Translations under genes and position numbers: made by a program
Shown: positions 1 to 9,353 of the stretch, in pieces
Numbering within the stretch: position 1 is the first letter of the stretch
Layout: the number at the start of each line of letters is the position of its first letter
The notes under the pieces: model-generated
The model's database searches: none
The model's input: only the letters and a program-made list of their open reading frames with translations
Told to the model about the DNA's origin: nothing
From: Actinomycetota bacterium
GTDB taxonomy: Bacteria; Actinomycetota; Acidimicrobiia; Spongiisociales; UBA11373
Assembly (NCBI GenBank): GCA_016870535.1
Contig: VGBK01000002.1
Span: 2,841-66,840, forward strand
Reading direction: 5' to 3'
Length of the DNA stretch: 64,000 nucleotides

Positions 1-150
1 CGTCCGTGCCCGGGGTGTCGTTGTTCAGGTGGATGTACCAGGTCTGCCAGCCGTCGTCGTGGGCGAGGAAGACTGAGCAGCAGGTGGAACCGGTCCAGGC
101 GACCGTGGCGGCGGCGGCGGCGTAGACCGGCGTCATCTTCGGAGCCATGA
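1..150 (-). CDS. Hypothetical protein, N-terminal 50 aa only. The gene runs off the window start.
   Basis: ATG at 150..148 is preceded by a GAGGGAG ribosome-binding site. Translation reads MAPKMTPVYAAAAATVAWTGSTCCSVFLAHDDGWQTWYIHLNNDTPGTD and stays open to position 1. Not in the ORF track because it is truncated. Confidence 0.4.
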
Positions 151-532
151 TGTCCACTCCCTCGTGCCGCCGGGTGCATCCTCCACGGCAGGCCCCGAAG
201 CCCAGGCCGTGCTCCTCGGTGAGGGTCAGCCCCGACCCTCCCACCGGGAACACCAGTGGGTACTCGACGCGCTGGCCGTAGACGAACGGCCCGGAGGGTA
301 CCCCCGGAGCAGCCGATGCCGCCGCAGGGCCCAGTGGACCGCCGCTCCACCCCAGGAGCAAGAGAGCGATCGCCCCCAACGCCCCCAGGCGCAAGCCGAG
401 ACGATTGGCCATGCGGATTCCATCGGACGCCACCGGGCCGAACCTGACCCGAATCGCCGGCGGGACGGGAACGGGGACGGCTCGGCAGGAAGGCCCGTCG
501 TGCCGATGCCTGCCGGGGAAGCGCCGGCAGCC

Positions 533-1792
533 ATGATCGGGGCGAGTACCCTGCGGCCCGGCCGACGGCGGCGAGCGCGCCGCTCCCCGCTGCGATCGAG
601 GAGGCACGCCATTAGATCGTTCCGGCTCGTTCCCGCTCTGCTTCTCATCGCGGTGGCCTTGGCCGTGACGCGCCCCTCGGAGGCCGCCGACCATCTTTGC
701 TTCGGGAAGGCCGCCACCATCGTCGGCACCCCCGGTCCAGACACCATCGTCGGCACCCCCGGTCCAGACGTCATCGTCGGGCGCGGGGGCAACGACCACA
801 TCTCCGGGCGGGGCGGCAACGACCTCATCTGCGGCGGACCGGGTGACGACGTGCTGCTGGGAGAAGACGGCGCCGACTCCCTCGACGGCGGCGACGGAGC
901 CGACGTCCTCCGGGGCGGCCGCAGCGCAGACCTGCTGCGGGGAGGCGCCGGCCCCGACTTCATCGTCGGGGGCACAGGAGCCGACACGGCGCGGGGCGGC
1001 CCCGGCCGAGACTCCTGCACCGCCGAGACTGCGTCGGGCTGCGAGCAGCCCATCGTGATAGACCACACCACCGCCGACTTGAGCCGCATACCCGCAGCCT
1101 GGCGGCGGCTGGCGGCCGAACGCGTGGTGTGGGCCTACGGCTCCACCTCGCACGGCACGCAGGTGTGGACGGGGGCGGAGTACCTGAAGTCCCTTCTCGG
1201 ATCGACGGCCTACCCCTTCGCCCGCGGGTGGCACGCCGTCCCGGCCCAGACCGCCCCGCCTCGGCTCCGCATGGCGTACGACTCGGGATGGTCCTGGGAC
1301 CCCGCCGCCTTCTACAACACGGCTGCCGCCCTCCTCGCCGATGCGCCCCAGGCCAATGCCTTCATGTGGTCGTGGTGCGGCGAACTGTCTTGGGACAACA
1401 CCGCCGTGGACGCCTACCTGCGCGCCATGAAGCGCCTCGAAGTCGACTTCCCCGGAGTCACCTTCGTGTACATGACGGGCCATACCGACGGCCCGGGGGA
1501 CCAGATGCTCGAGAGGAGCAACCAGAGGATTCGCAACCACGCGCTGGCCCGCAGCAAGGTCCTGTACGACTTCGCCGACATCGAATCCTGGAGCCCGGCG
1601 GGCACCCACTACCCCGGCACCGACGACTCCTGTACCTGGTGCCCCGCCTGGTGCGCCGCCCACCCCGGCGATTGCTCGGGCCTCTCGGCCCAGCCGTACG
1701 ACTGCGCCCACTCCCATCGCTTCAACTGCGTGGTTAAGGGGCGGGCTTTCTGGTGGCTGTCGGCCCGTCTCGCCGGCTGGGGAGGCGCGTGA
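533..1792 (+). CDS. Secreted protein with RTX-type (GGxGxD) calcium-binding beta-roll repeats and a Cys-rich C-terminal domain of unknown function.
   Basis: The ORF track begins at 164, but an internal Met at 533 is followed by an RRRRARR motif and a hydrophobic stretch (LLLIAVALAVT..SEA), a signal-like N-terminus. Repeats run GTPGPDTIVGTPGPDVIVGRGGNDHISGRGGNDLICGGPGDDVLLGEDGADSLDGGDGADVLRGG. The C-terminal roughly 230 aa are paralogous to the next gene. Confidence 0.6.
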   Translation: MIGASTLRPGRRRRARRSPLRSRRHAIRSFRLVPALLLIAVALAVTRPSEAADHLCFGKAATIVGTPGPDTIVGTPGPDVIVGRGGNDHISGRGGNDLICGGPGDDVLLGEDGADSLDGGDGADVLRGGRSADLLRGGAGPDFIVGGTGADTARGGPGRDSCTAETASGCEQPIVIDHTTADLSRIPAAWRRLAAERVVWAYGSTSHGTQVWTGAEYLKSLLGSTAYPFARGWHAVPAQTAPPRLRMAYDSGWSWDPAAFYNTAAALLADAPQANAFMWSWCGELSWDNTAVDAYLRAMKRLEVDFPGVTFVYMTGHTDGPGDQMLERSNQRIRNHALARSKVLYDFADIESWSPAGTHYPGTDDSCTWCPAWCAAHPGDCSGLSAQPYDCAHSHRFNCVVKGRAFWWLSARLAGWGGA

Positions 1793-2679
1793 GGCCGGCT
1801 CTCGCCCTGGGCGGTCTCGCCCTCCTGGCCGCCGCCTGCGGGGGAGGGAGTGCTTCGACCACCTCGACCCCGGCCACCACCGGAGCCCCGGTCCCCACCG
1901 CCACCCCGGCCGCTACCACCGCCGCGCCCACCACCGCCGTGCCCACCACCACCGCCCCGCCTGCTGCGACTGCGCTGGTGGCCGACCACGCGGCCGCCGC
2001 GGTCCCGGTCCCGGCGGAGTGGCGCGAGCGCGCCGCCGCTGAGGTCGTGTGGGCCTACGGGTCCACCTCACACGGCACCCAGGTCTGGACGGGGGCGGAG
2101 GCACTGGGGGAGGGGTTCCCCTTTGCCCGGGAGTGGCACGCCGTGCCCGGGTCGGACGCCCTCCGCATGGCCTACGACGACGGCTGGTCCTGGGATGCCG
2201 CGACCTTCTACGACACCGCCGCCGCCCTGCTGGCCGATGCGCCCACCGCGGACGCCTTCATGTGGTCCTGGTGCGGGGAGTTGTCCTGGGACACCACCGC
2301 CGTAGAGGCCTACCTCGCCGCCATGGGCCGCCTCGAAGCCGACTACCCAGGGATCACCTTCGTCTACATGACGGGCCACACCGACGGGCCGGGACACCGG
2401 GTCTTGGAGCAGAACAACCAGGCCATCCGGGACCATGCCGCCGCCCGCGGCAAGGTGCTCTACGACTTCGCCGACATCGAATCCTGGGACCCGGACGGCA
2501 CCTTCCATCCCGACACCGACGACTCCTGCCCCTGGTGCGCCGGGTGGTGCGCCGCCCACCCGGAGGACTGCCCCGACCTGCCGGGCGACTGCGCCCACTC
2601 GCACCCGTTCAACTGCATCCTGAAGGGCCGGGCCTTCTGGTGGCTGTCGGCTCGCCTGGCGGGGTGGGACGGGGCGTAG
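1753..2679 (+). CDS. Putative lipoprotein, paralog of the upstream gene's C-terminal domain. It has a Thr/Pro/Ala-rich linker and the same Cys-rich domain of unknown function.
   Basis: Lipobox-like LLAAACGGG is followed by a TTSTPATTGAPVPTATPAATTAAPTT linker. The rest aligns to the 533..1792 product (VVWAYGSTSHGTQVWTGAE ... SWCGELSWD ... YMTGHTDGPG ... DDSCPWCAGWCAAHPEDC ... DCAHSHPFNC ... GRAFWWLSARLAGW). Its start overlaps the end of the upstream gene. Confidence 0.6.
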   Translation: MAVGPSRRLGRRVRPALALGGLALLAAACGGGSASTTSTPATTGAPVPTATPAATTAAPTTAVPTTTAPPAATALVADHAAAAVPVPAEWRERAAAEVVWAYGSTSHGTQVWTGAEALGEGFPFAREWHAVPGSDALRMAYDDGWSWDAATFYDTAAALLADAPTADAFMWSWCGELSWDTTAVEAYLAAMGRLEADYPGITFVYMTGHTDGPGHRVLEQNNQAIRDHAAARGKVLYDFADIESWDPDGTFHPDTDDSCPWCAGWCAAHPEDCPDLPGDCAHSHPFNCILKGRAFWWLSARLAGWDGA

Positions 2680-2691
2680 CCCGCCGGCGAC

Positions 2692-5388
2692 TCACCGCAC
2701 CCGGGGGTCGGCCGTCTCCGGGTCGATCTCATAGCGGGTGAGGGCGTCGGCCACCAGCGCCGCCGCTATCCGGCCCTCGGCCGCCAGGGCGCTCAACACT
2801 GCCACCACCACATGCCCGGCGTCCACCTCGAAGAAGCGCCGCAGGGCCTCCCGGGTGTCGCTGCGCCCGTAGCCGTCGGTACCGAGGGGGACGAAGGTGC
2901 CGGGAACCCACCGGGCCACCTGGTCGGGCACCGCCTTCATGTAGTCGGTGACCGCCACCACCGGCCCGGGAACCTCGCCCAGCGCCCGGGTGACGAACGG
3001 CAGGCGGGGCGTCTCGGCCGGGTGCAGGCGGTTCCAGCGCTCCACCTCCAGCGCCTGCTCCCGCAGGGCCTTGTACGAGGTGGCGCTCCACAACTCGACC
3101 CCCAGTCCGTAGTGGGAGGCCAGGTCGGCCTGCGCCTGCCGAGCAGCGCGCTGTGCCGGCCCTGAGAACAGGATCGCTCCCGACGGCGGCACTCCCTCCG
3201 GTGCCGGCGCCCAGCGGTACAGCCCGGCGATGATCCCCTCATCCACCCCCTGCGGTCTGGGGGGCATGGCGTAGTTCTCGTTGTAGAGGGTCAGGTAGTA
3301 GAAGACGTCCTCGCCCTCCGGCCCGTACATCTCCTGCAGGCCGTGCTCCACGATGGCCGCCATCTCATAAGCGAAGGCCGGGTCGTAGGCCCGGCACACC
3401 GGCACGGTGGAGGCGAGGAGGAGGCTGTGGCCGTCCTGATGCTGCAGGCCCTCGCCCAAGAGGGTCGTCCTCCCGGCGGTGGCCCCCAGCAGGAACCCGC
3501 GGGCCCGGGCGTCCCCGGCCAGCCAGACCAGGTCGCCCACCCGCTGGAAGCCGAACATCGAGTAGAAGGTGAAGAAGGGCGCCATGGGCACGCCCCGGGT
3601 GGCATGAGAAGTGGCGGCGGCGATCCACGACGCCATCGAGCCCGCTTCGGTGATGCCCTCCTCGAGGATCTGGCCGTCGCGGGACTCCTTGTAGGAGAGC
3701 AGCAGGTGGTGGTCCACCGGCTCGTACAACTGCCCCTCGGAGGCGTAGATGCGCAGTTCCTTGAACAGGGCGTCCATGCCGAAGGTGCGGCCCTCGTCGG
3801 GGATGATGGGAACGACCCGCGGCCCGAAAGAATCGTGCCGGGCCAGGTTGCGCAGGAGCCGGGTGAAGGCCATGGTCGTCGAGACCTCCTGCGTCCCCGA
3901 GCCGGCGTCGAACTCGGAGAAGGGCCCGTGGTCGGGCAGGACCAGCGGGCGGCGCAGCTCCACCGGCCGGCTGGGGAGCGGCCCGCCCAGGGCCCGGCGC
4001 CGCGCCAGCAGGTACTGCACCTCCGGAGAATCCACCGGCGGCCGGTAGAAGGGAGGCTCCCGGCCTTCTTCCAGGGCGGCGTCGGGGATCTCCGTCTGCA
4101 GCTGCAGCCGGTCGCGCAGCGCCAGCAACTGATCGTTGGAGAGCTTCTTGATCTGGTGGGTGGCGTTGCGTCCCTCGACGTCCGGGCCCAGGGTCCAGCC
4201 CTTCACCGTCTTGGCCAGGATCACCACCGGAGCGCCCCGCAGGTCCACCGCCGCCCGGTAGGCGGCGTACATCTTGCGGTAGTCGTGCCCCCCGCGGCGC
4301 AGCGCCCAGACCTCGTCGTCGCTCATCCCCGCCACCAGGCGCCGCAAGCGCGGGTCGGGCCCGAAGAAGTGCTCCCGCACATAGCCCCCGTCCTCGGCCT
4401 TGAAGCGCTGGTACTCGCCGTCGACGGTGGTATTCATCTTCTGGACCAGGACGCCTTCGGCATCCCGGGCCAGCAGCGGGTCCCAGTTGGCCCCCCAGAT
4501 GACCTTGATGACGTGCCAGCCGGCGCCGCGGAAGAAGGCCTCGAGCTCCTGGATGATCTTCCCGTTGCCCCGCACCGGGCCGTCGAGGCGCTGCAGGTTG
4601 CAGTTGACCACCCACACCAGGTTGTCGAGGCGCTCCCGGGCGGCCAGCGAGATGGAGCCCAGGGTCTCCGGCTCGTCCACCTCGCCGTCTCCCAGGAAGC
4701 ACCACACCCGGGAGGCCGACGTGTCGTCGAGGCGGCGGTGGTGCAGGTAGCGGTTGAAGCGCGCCTGGTAGATGGAGTTGATCGGGCCGAGCCCCATCGA
4801 GACGGTGGGGTACTCCCAGAAGTCCGGCATCAGCCGAGGGTGCGGATAGGAGGACAGCCCCCCGCCGCCGATCTCCCGCCGGAAGCGCAGCAGTTGGGCC
4901 TCCTCCAGGCGGTGCTCCAGGAAGGCCCGGGAGTAGATGCCGGGGGCGGCGTGTCCCTGGATGTAGATGTGATCGCCGGGGTTGCCGTCGGCCTTGCCGC
5001 GGAAGAAGTGGTTGAACCCCACCTCGTAGAGGGCAGCCGAGGAGGCGAAGGTGGAGAGGTGCCCGCCGATGCCGTCGGCCGCCTTGTTGGCCCGCACCAC
5101 CATGACGGCGGCGTTCCAGCGGATGATGCGCCGGATGCGGCGCTCCAGGTCCTCGTCGCCGGGGAACCAGGCCTCCTGCTCCGGGGGGATGGTGTTGATG
5201 TAGGGGGTGCTCACCGAAGCGGGCACGCCGATGTTGCGCTCCCGCGCCCGCTCGATGAGGCGAGCCATGAGGAAGCGGGCGCGGCTCTCCCCGGCCCGAT
5301 CGACGATCTGGTCGAGGGCCTCGAGCCACTCCCGGGTCTCGTCGGGGTCGGCGTCGGGCAGTTGGTGGACGAACCCGTCGATGATCAT
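2692..5388 (-). CDS. aceE: Pyruvate dehydrogenase E1 component, homodimeric type.
   Basis: 898-aa ORF with hallmark AceE sequence along its whole length (thiamine-diphosphate binding region, GDGE..NLVWVVNCNLQRLDGPVRGN). Confidence 0.9.
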   Translation of the reverse strand: MIIDGFVHQLPDADPDETREWLEALDQIVDRAGESRARFLMARLIERARERNIGVPASVSTPYINTIPPEQEAWFPGDEDLERRIRRIIRWNAAVMVVRANKAADGIGGHLSTFASSAALYEVGFNHFFRGKADGNPGDHIYIQGHAAPGIYSRAFLEHRLEEAQLLRFRREIGGGGLSSYPHPRLMPDFWEYPTVSMGLGPINSIYQARFNRYLHHRRLDDTSASRVWCFLGDGEVDEPETLGSISLAARERLDNLVWVVNCNLQRLDGPVRGNGKIIQELEAFFRGAGWHVIKVIWGANWDPLLARDAEGVLVQKMNTTVDGEYQRFKAEDGGYVREHFFGPDPRLRRLVAGMSDDEVWALRRGGHDYRKMYAAYRAAVDLRGAPVVILAKTVKGWTLGPDVEGRNATHQIKKLSNDQLLALRDRLQLQTEIPDAALEEGREPPFYRPPVDSPEVQYLLARRRALGGPLPSRPVELRRPLVLPDHGPFSEFDAGSGTQEVSTTMAFTRLLRNLARHDSFGPRVVPIIPDEGRTFGMDALFKELRIYASEGQLYEPVDHHLLLSYKESRDGQILEEGITEAGSMASWIAAATSHATRGVPMAPFFTFYSMFGFQRVGDLVWLAGDARARGFLLGATAGRTTLLGEGLQHQDGHSLLLASTVPVCRAYDPAFAYEMAAIVEHGLQEMYGPEGEDVFYYLTLYNENYAMPPRPQGVDEGIIAGLYRWAPAPEGVPPSGAILFSGPAQRAARQAQADLASHYGLGVELWSATSYKALREQALEVERWNRLHPAETPRLPFVTRALGEVPGPVVAVTDYMKAVPDQVARWVPGTFVPLGTDGYGRSDTREALRRFFEVDAGHVVVAVLSALAAEGRIAAALVADALTRYEIDPETADPRVR

Positions 5389-5437
5389 GGATGCGCTCCG
5401 CGGGGCGTCGGCCGCTGAGGTTACCCCCCGGAAGCCC

Positions 5438-5935
5438 CTACCCGGAGGCGATGTCGGCGACGGCCGCTCCCAGCAGCCGCACCAGGTCCTGGGGGGCCAC
5501 CTCCACCTGCAAGCCCCGCCGTCCGCCGCTGACCAGAACCGTCGCGTGCTCGAGCAGGGAGCGGTCCGCCACCACCGGCAGGCGCCGCTTCTGCCCGAAG
5601 GGGCTGATGCCGCCCACCACGTAGCCGGTCAGCCGTTCGGCGTGGGCCGGGTCCGCCATCGTGGCCTTCTTGGCGCCCAGGGCGCGCGCCAGGGCTTTGA
5701 GAGACAGATGGCCGCCCACCGGCACCACCGCCACCGTGGGGCGCTCGTCCACCACCGTCACGAGGGTCTTGAATACCCGTTCGGGCTCCACCCCGAGCGC
5801 GCCGGCAATGGCCTCGCCGTAGCTCCCCACGGCCTCCGCCACCGGCGGGTACTCGCGAGGAGTGAAGGTGATTCGCGCCCGGCGCAGCGCCTCGGTGGCC
5901 GGGGTTGCGCTCATCCCCCTCCCTCCTTTCGCCAC
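5438..5935 (-). CDS. ybaK: Cys-tRNA(Pro)/Cys-tRNA(Cys) deacylase YbaK.
   Basis: 165 aa. YbaK/EbsC family motifs are present (KTLV..., GGISPFG). Confidence 0.75.
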   Translation of the reverse strand: MAKGGRGMSATPATEALRRARITFTPREYPPVAEAVGSYGEAIAGALGVEPERVFKTLVTVVDERPTVAVVPVGGHLSLKALARALGAKKATMADPAHAERLTGYVVGGISPFGQKRRLPVVADRSLLEHATVLVSGGRRGLQVEVAPQDLVRLLGAAVADIASG

Positions 5936-6173
5936 ACCGAACCCGAGCCCGCGAAACGAGGATACCGAAGGCGCGCCGACGATCGCTCCGGGCCGGGGCT
6001 CGGCCGGAGGCCGCGCTCCCTCGAGCCTCGGCCTCCCTGGTGACGGCGTTCCCTTCGCGTGCCCTCAGAGAGCGCCGGCAGCTTCCCGAGGTCCGCACCC
6101 ACGCCCAGGGCGCTGCTGCCGGAGGCTCGACCGGACCGGCCGCGGGGGTGAGGACCGCACGCCGCCCAGGAGG

Positions 6174-7154
6174 TCAGTCGAGGTGGTGCTGCGCCCGGAG
6201 CAGGGCCAGGTCGGCGGCGACCATCTTCTCGATCATCTCCTCGAAGGTCACCGTCGGCTTCCAGCCGAGCCGCTCCCGGGCCTTCGAGGCGTCCCCGACG
6301 AGCAGGTCCACTTCGGCCGGGCGGAGGTCGGCTGCGCTCAACGTCACGTGGCGCTCCCAGTCGAGTCCGAGGCAGCCGAAGGCCACCTCACAGAGCCGGC
6401 GCACCGAGTGGGTGCGTCCGGTGGCGAGAACGAAGTCCTCGGGAGCGTCGGGGCGGAGCATGAGGTGCATGCCGCGCACGTAGTCGGGAGCCCAACCCCA
6501 GTCGCGCTGGGCTTCCAGGTTGCCCATCGGAAGCCGGTCGGCCAGACCCAGGGAGATCTTGGCAGCGTGGTAGGTGACCTTGCGGGTGGCGAACTCCAGG
6601 CCCCGGCGGGGCGACTCGTGGTTGAAGAGGATCCCGGAGACGGCGTACATGTCGTACGACTCCCGGTAGTTCACCGTGATCCAGTGACCGTACAGCTTGG
6701 CCACGCCGTAGGGGCTCCGGGGGTGGAAAGGGGTCGTCTCGCGCTGAGGAATCTCGACGACCCGGCCGAACATCTCGCTCGAAGAAGCCTGGTAGAAGCG
6801 GATTGACGGGTCGACCTTGCGGATCGCCTCGAGCACCCGGGTCACGCCGAGGGCGGTGAACTCCCCGGTGAGAACCGGCTGACCGAAAGACGTCGGGATG
6901 AACGACTGCGCTGCCAGGTTGTACACCTCGCTGGGCCGGTGCTCCCGGATCACATCTATGAGGGGCACGAGATCGAGGAGATCCCCCTGGACGAGCCGGA
7001 TGCGGTCCTGAATGCCCACGATGCGCTCGAAGTTGAGGGTGGAGGTGCGGCGCACCATCCCGATGACCTCATACCCCTCGTCGAGCAGGAACTCTGCGAG
7101 GTAGGAGCCATCCTGCCCGGTAATCCCGGTCACCAGCGCCTTCCGCGGGGTCAC
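6174..7154 (-). CDS. gmd: GDP-mannose 4,6-dehydratase.
   Basis: [20 protein letters not shown] Rossmann N-terminus and the body of a GMD short-chain dehydratase. Probable GTG start at 7154, overlapping the upstream gene's stop (GTGA). The ORF track's start at 7349 is an upstream extension. Confidence 0.8.
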   Translation of the reverse strand: MTPRKALVTGITGQDGSYLAEFLLDEGYEVIGMVRRTSTLNFERIVGIQDRIRLVQGDLLDLVPLIDVIREHRPSEVYNLAAQSFIPTSFGQPVLTGEFTALGVTRVLEAIRKVDPSIRFYQASSSEMFGRVVEIPQRETTPFHPRSPYGVAKLYGHWITVNYRESYDMYAVSGILFNHESPRRGLEFATRKVTYHAAKISLGLADRLPMGNLEAQRDWGWAPDYVRGMHLMLRPDAPEDFVLATGRTHSVRRLCEVAFGCLGLDWERHVTLSAADLRPAEVDLLVGDASKARERLGWKPTVTFEEMIEKMVAADLALLRAQHHLD

Positions 7155-8109
7155 TTCGCGCCTCCGATCCTCCGACGCCAGTCGTCGAGTGTATCCGCCA
7201 GGGTCTCCTCGAGAGCCCTGACGGGCTCCCAGCCGGTCCGGGCGCGCAGCTTCGACGCGTCGCAGTAGCTCACCGGGTTGTCCGAGGGGCGCATGCGGGC
7301 CGGGTCGGGACGCACCTCGATGGGCACCCGGGCGGCGGAGAGCAGCCACTCCACGATGGCAGAGATGGCCACCGGGTGCCCGCTCCCGACGTTGTAGGCC
7401 TCTCCGGGCAGGCCTTCTTCCAGCGCCAGGAGGTAGGCCCGGGCCACGTCCCGCACGTCGCTGAAGTCCCGCTCCGCCTCCAGATTGCCCACCAGGAGCA
7501 CCGGCGGGCGAAGGCCCGCTTCGATCTCGGCGATCTGGCGGGCGAAGCTCGAGACGACGAACATCTCATCCTGGCGCGGCCCGATGTGGTTCGCCGGACG
7601 CACCCGGACGACGTGGAGTCCCTCGCTCAGGTGGTACTGCAAGGCCAGCAAGTCCTGGGCCGCCTTGCTCACCGCGTACGGGTTCGCCGGGCGCAGCGGC
7701 ATCTCCTCGGTGAAGGGGAGCCGCGCCGCGGCGACGGTCCCGTAGGCCTCGATGGAGCCGACCACGAGCACCCGGGTGGGGGAGGGGCTCCCGCTCAGCG
7801 CCATCAGCACATTCAACTGACCGCGCACGTTCGTTTCGAAGGTCTCCCACGGCTCCGACCAGGCGGCCGGACCGAAGGCCTGCCCGGCCAGGTGATACAC
7901 CCGCTCTGGGGCCGCCTCGGCCACTGCCTGGGCCGCGAAGCCCGGATCCCTCAGGTCACCCTCGCGGTAGGCGAGACGACCGGCGAGATGCCCGATTCGA
8001 TCGGCTCGCCCGCGCCCAACGCCCCACACCTCAACGCCGGCCTGTGCCACCAGCAGGTCCGCGAGGTGGCTCCCGGCGAACCCGTTGACTCCGGTGATCA
8101 GGACGCGCA
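7151..8109 (-). CDS. NAD(P)-dependent GDP-4-keto-6-deoxy-D-mannose reductase or epimerase (Rmd/Fcl-like), in an operon with gmd.
   Basis: SDR-extended family sequence (YAVSKAAQD catalytic YxxxK). The tracked ORF starts at Met 8050, but the in-frame upstream sequence encodes the Rossmann motif [17 protein letters not shown]. That stretch is preceded by an AGGGGAGGAAG ribosome-binding site and a stop at about 8125, with only a CTG available as start. Confidence 0.65.
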
Positions 8110-8270
8110 GGCCGCTTCCTCCCCTCGACTGGGGGAGACTCTAGTTGACCGCCCCTCTGCTGCCGGTGGAGGCCGGGGACGGCACATCACGGAGATCAAC
8201 TTGACATAACGTTGATTATGGGCGTTCCGTCCTACCCGGTAACCGGGCGCCCCGTGCCCGCTCGGGCGCT

Positions 8271-8750
8271 TCAGCCCGCTTCGGCGGCCGGCGGCGTCAG
8301 TACTGCGGCCGGTTCCACGCAGGCGTCGCGCAACGGGGCCGCGGCGGCGTAGAGGTGCTGGAAGGCGCGCCGGTAGTCCTCCGGGCCGGGCCGACCCCGC
8401 AGGTCGACTTCGACGTCGTCCAGGGCGCTCTCGAGGACGTAGAGGCCGTCCCGCAGGCGGCAGAGGGCGTCGGCGTCGACGAGAGCCTCTCCGGAGGCAA
8501 GACCCATGCGGGCCGCCAGGCAGCGCGCTTCAAAGGCCCGCTGGCGGTGGCTCCGCCGGCAGTAGCGCGCCCGGCGCCCCTGGCTGCCCGAGCGGGCGAA
8601 GGCCCGGCCGCACCAGGCGCAGTGAGCGATCTCCGTCTTTTGCGTCACAGTGACGGAATGGTAGCCGGACGACGGGCAGGGCCCGGGGCACTGCCCCGGG
8701 CCCCCGGCCTCGGCGGCGGCTACTTCTCCAGCAGGCTGCGCAGCATCCAC
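8271..8750 (-). CDS. Hypothetical small protein with an N-terminal zinc-ribbon-like motif.
   Basis: Motif CAWCGRAF...GRRARYCRRSHRQRAFEAR (CxxC ... C..H). No confident family assignment. Start uncertain. Confidence 0.35.
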   Translation of the reverse strand: MDAAQPAGEVAAAEAGGPGQCPGPCPSSGYHSVTVTQKTEIAHCAWCGRAFARSGSQGRRARYCRRSHRQRAFEARCLAARMGLASGEALVDADALCRLRDGLYVLESALDDVEVDLRGRPGPEDYRRAFQHLYAAAAPLRDACVEPAAVLTPPAAEAG

Positions 8751-9199
8751 GACGTCTTCTCGTGGACCTGCATGCGCTGGGTCAGGAGATCTGCGGTCAC
8801 CTGGTCGTCTCCCTCGTTCGCCGCCGGGAACACGGCCCGGGCGGTGCGCACCACCGCTTCGTGCGCTTCCACCAGGCGCCGGATCATGGTGACGGCGTCG
8901 GGGTCGTCGGCGTCCTCGGGAATCGAGGTCAGCGAGGTGAACTCCCGGTAGCTGCCTGGAGACAGAGCCCCAAGGGCCCGGATACGCTCGGCGATCTCGT
9001 CCACCGCCATCGCCAGCTCGGTGTAGTGCTGCTCGAACATGACGTGGAGGGTCTGAAACATCGGCCCGGTGACGTTCCAGTGATACTTGTGGCTCTTGAG
9101 GTAGAGCGTGTAGCTGTCCGCCAGCACTCGCTCCAGACCCGAGGCGATGGCCTCTCGGTGCGCCGGGGCGATCCCGGTGTCGATCTGCATGCCGCCCAT
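8720..9199 (-). CDS. dps: Dps (DNA protection during starvation), a ferritin-like protein.
   Basis: MGGMQIDTGIAPAHREAIASGLERVLADSYTLYLKSHKYHWNVTGPMFQTLH... is a classic Dps sequence. ATG at 9199 with a GAAGGGAG ribosome-binding site. The track ORF is over-extended upstream. Confidence 0.85.
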   Translation of the reverse strand: MGGMQIDTGIAPAHREAIASGLERVLADSYTLYLKSHKYHWNVTGPMFQTLHVMFEQHYTELAMAVDEIAERIRALGALSPGSYREFTSLTSIPEDADDPDAVTMIRRLVEAHEAVVRTARAVFPAANEGDDQVTADLLTQRMQVHEKTSWMLRSLLEK

Positions 9200-9353
9200 T
9201 CCGTCGCTCCCTTCTGCCGGCGAGACTGCCGGCACCTGGTGGTTCCTGCTCCGCTCCCCCTGCAACGCCGCCGGGCCCGGGAATAATCCGTCACTGTGAC
9301 GATATTGCAGGCCTCGCGGCAAGAGACACCCAGCGAGAGGAACCATAACCGCC

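Noticed and set aside
226-1089. Long antisense and alternate-frame ORFs throughout the window, for example 226..1089-, 3365..5329-, 3343..5418+, 10206..12500+, 10906..12426-, 13938..15926-, 14678..16360+, 16543..18777+, 19801..21384+, 22646..24892-, 37030..38982-, 47259..48911+, 54324..57377+.
   Set aside because: They overlap well-supported genes on the other strand or frame. They translate to low-complexity Arg/Gly/Pro/Ala-rich sequence, which is typical of shadow ORFs in 70%-GC DNA. They lack ribosome-binding sites and recognisable domains.
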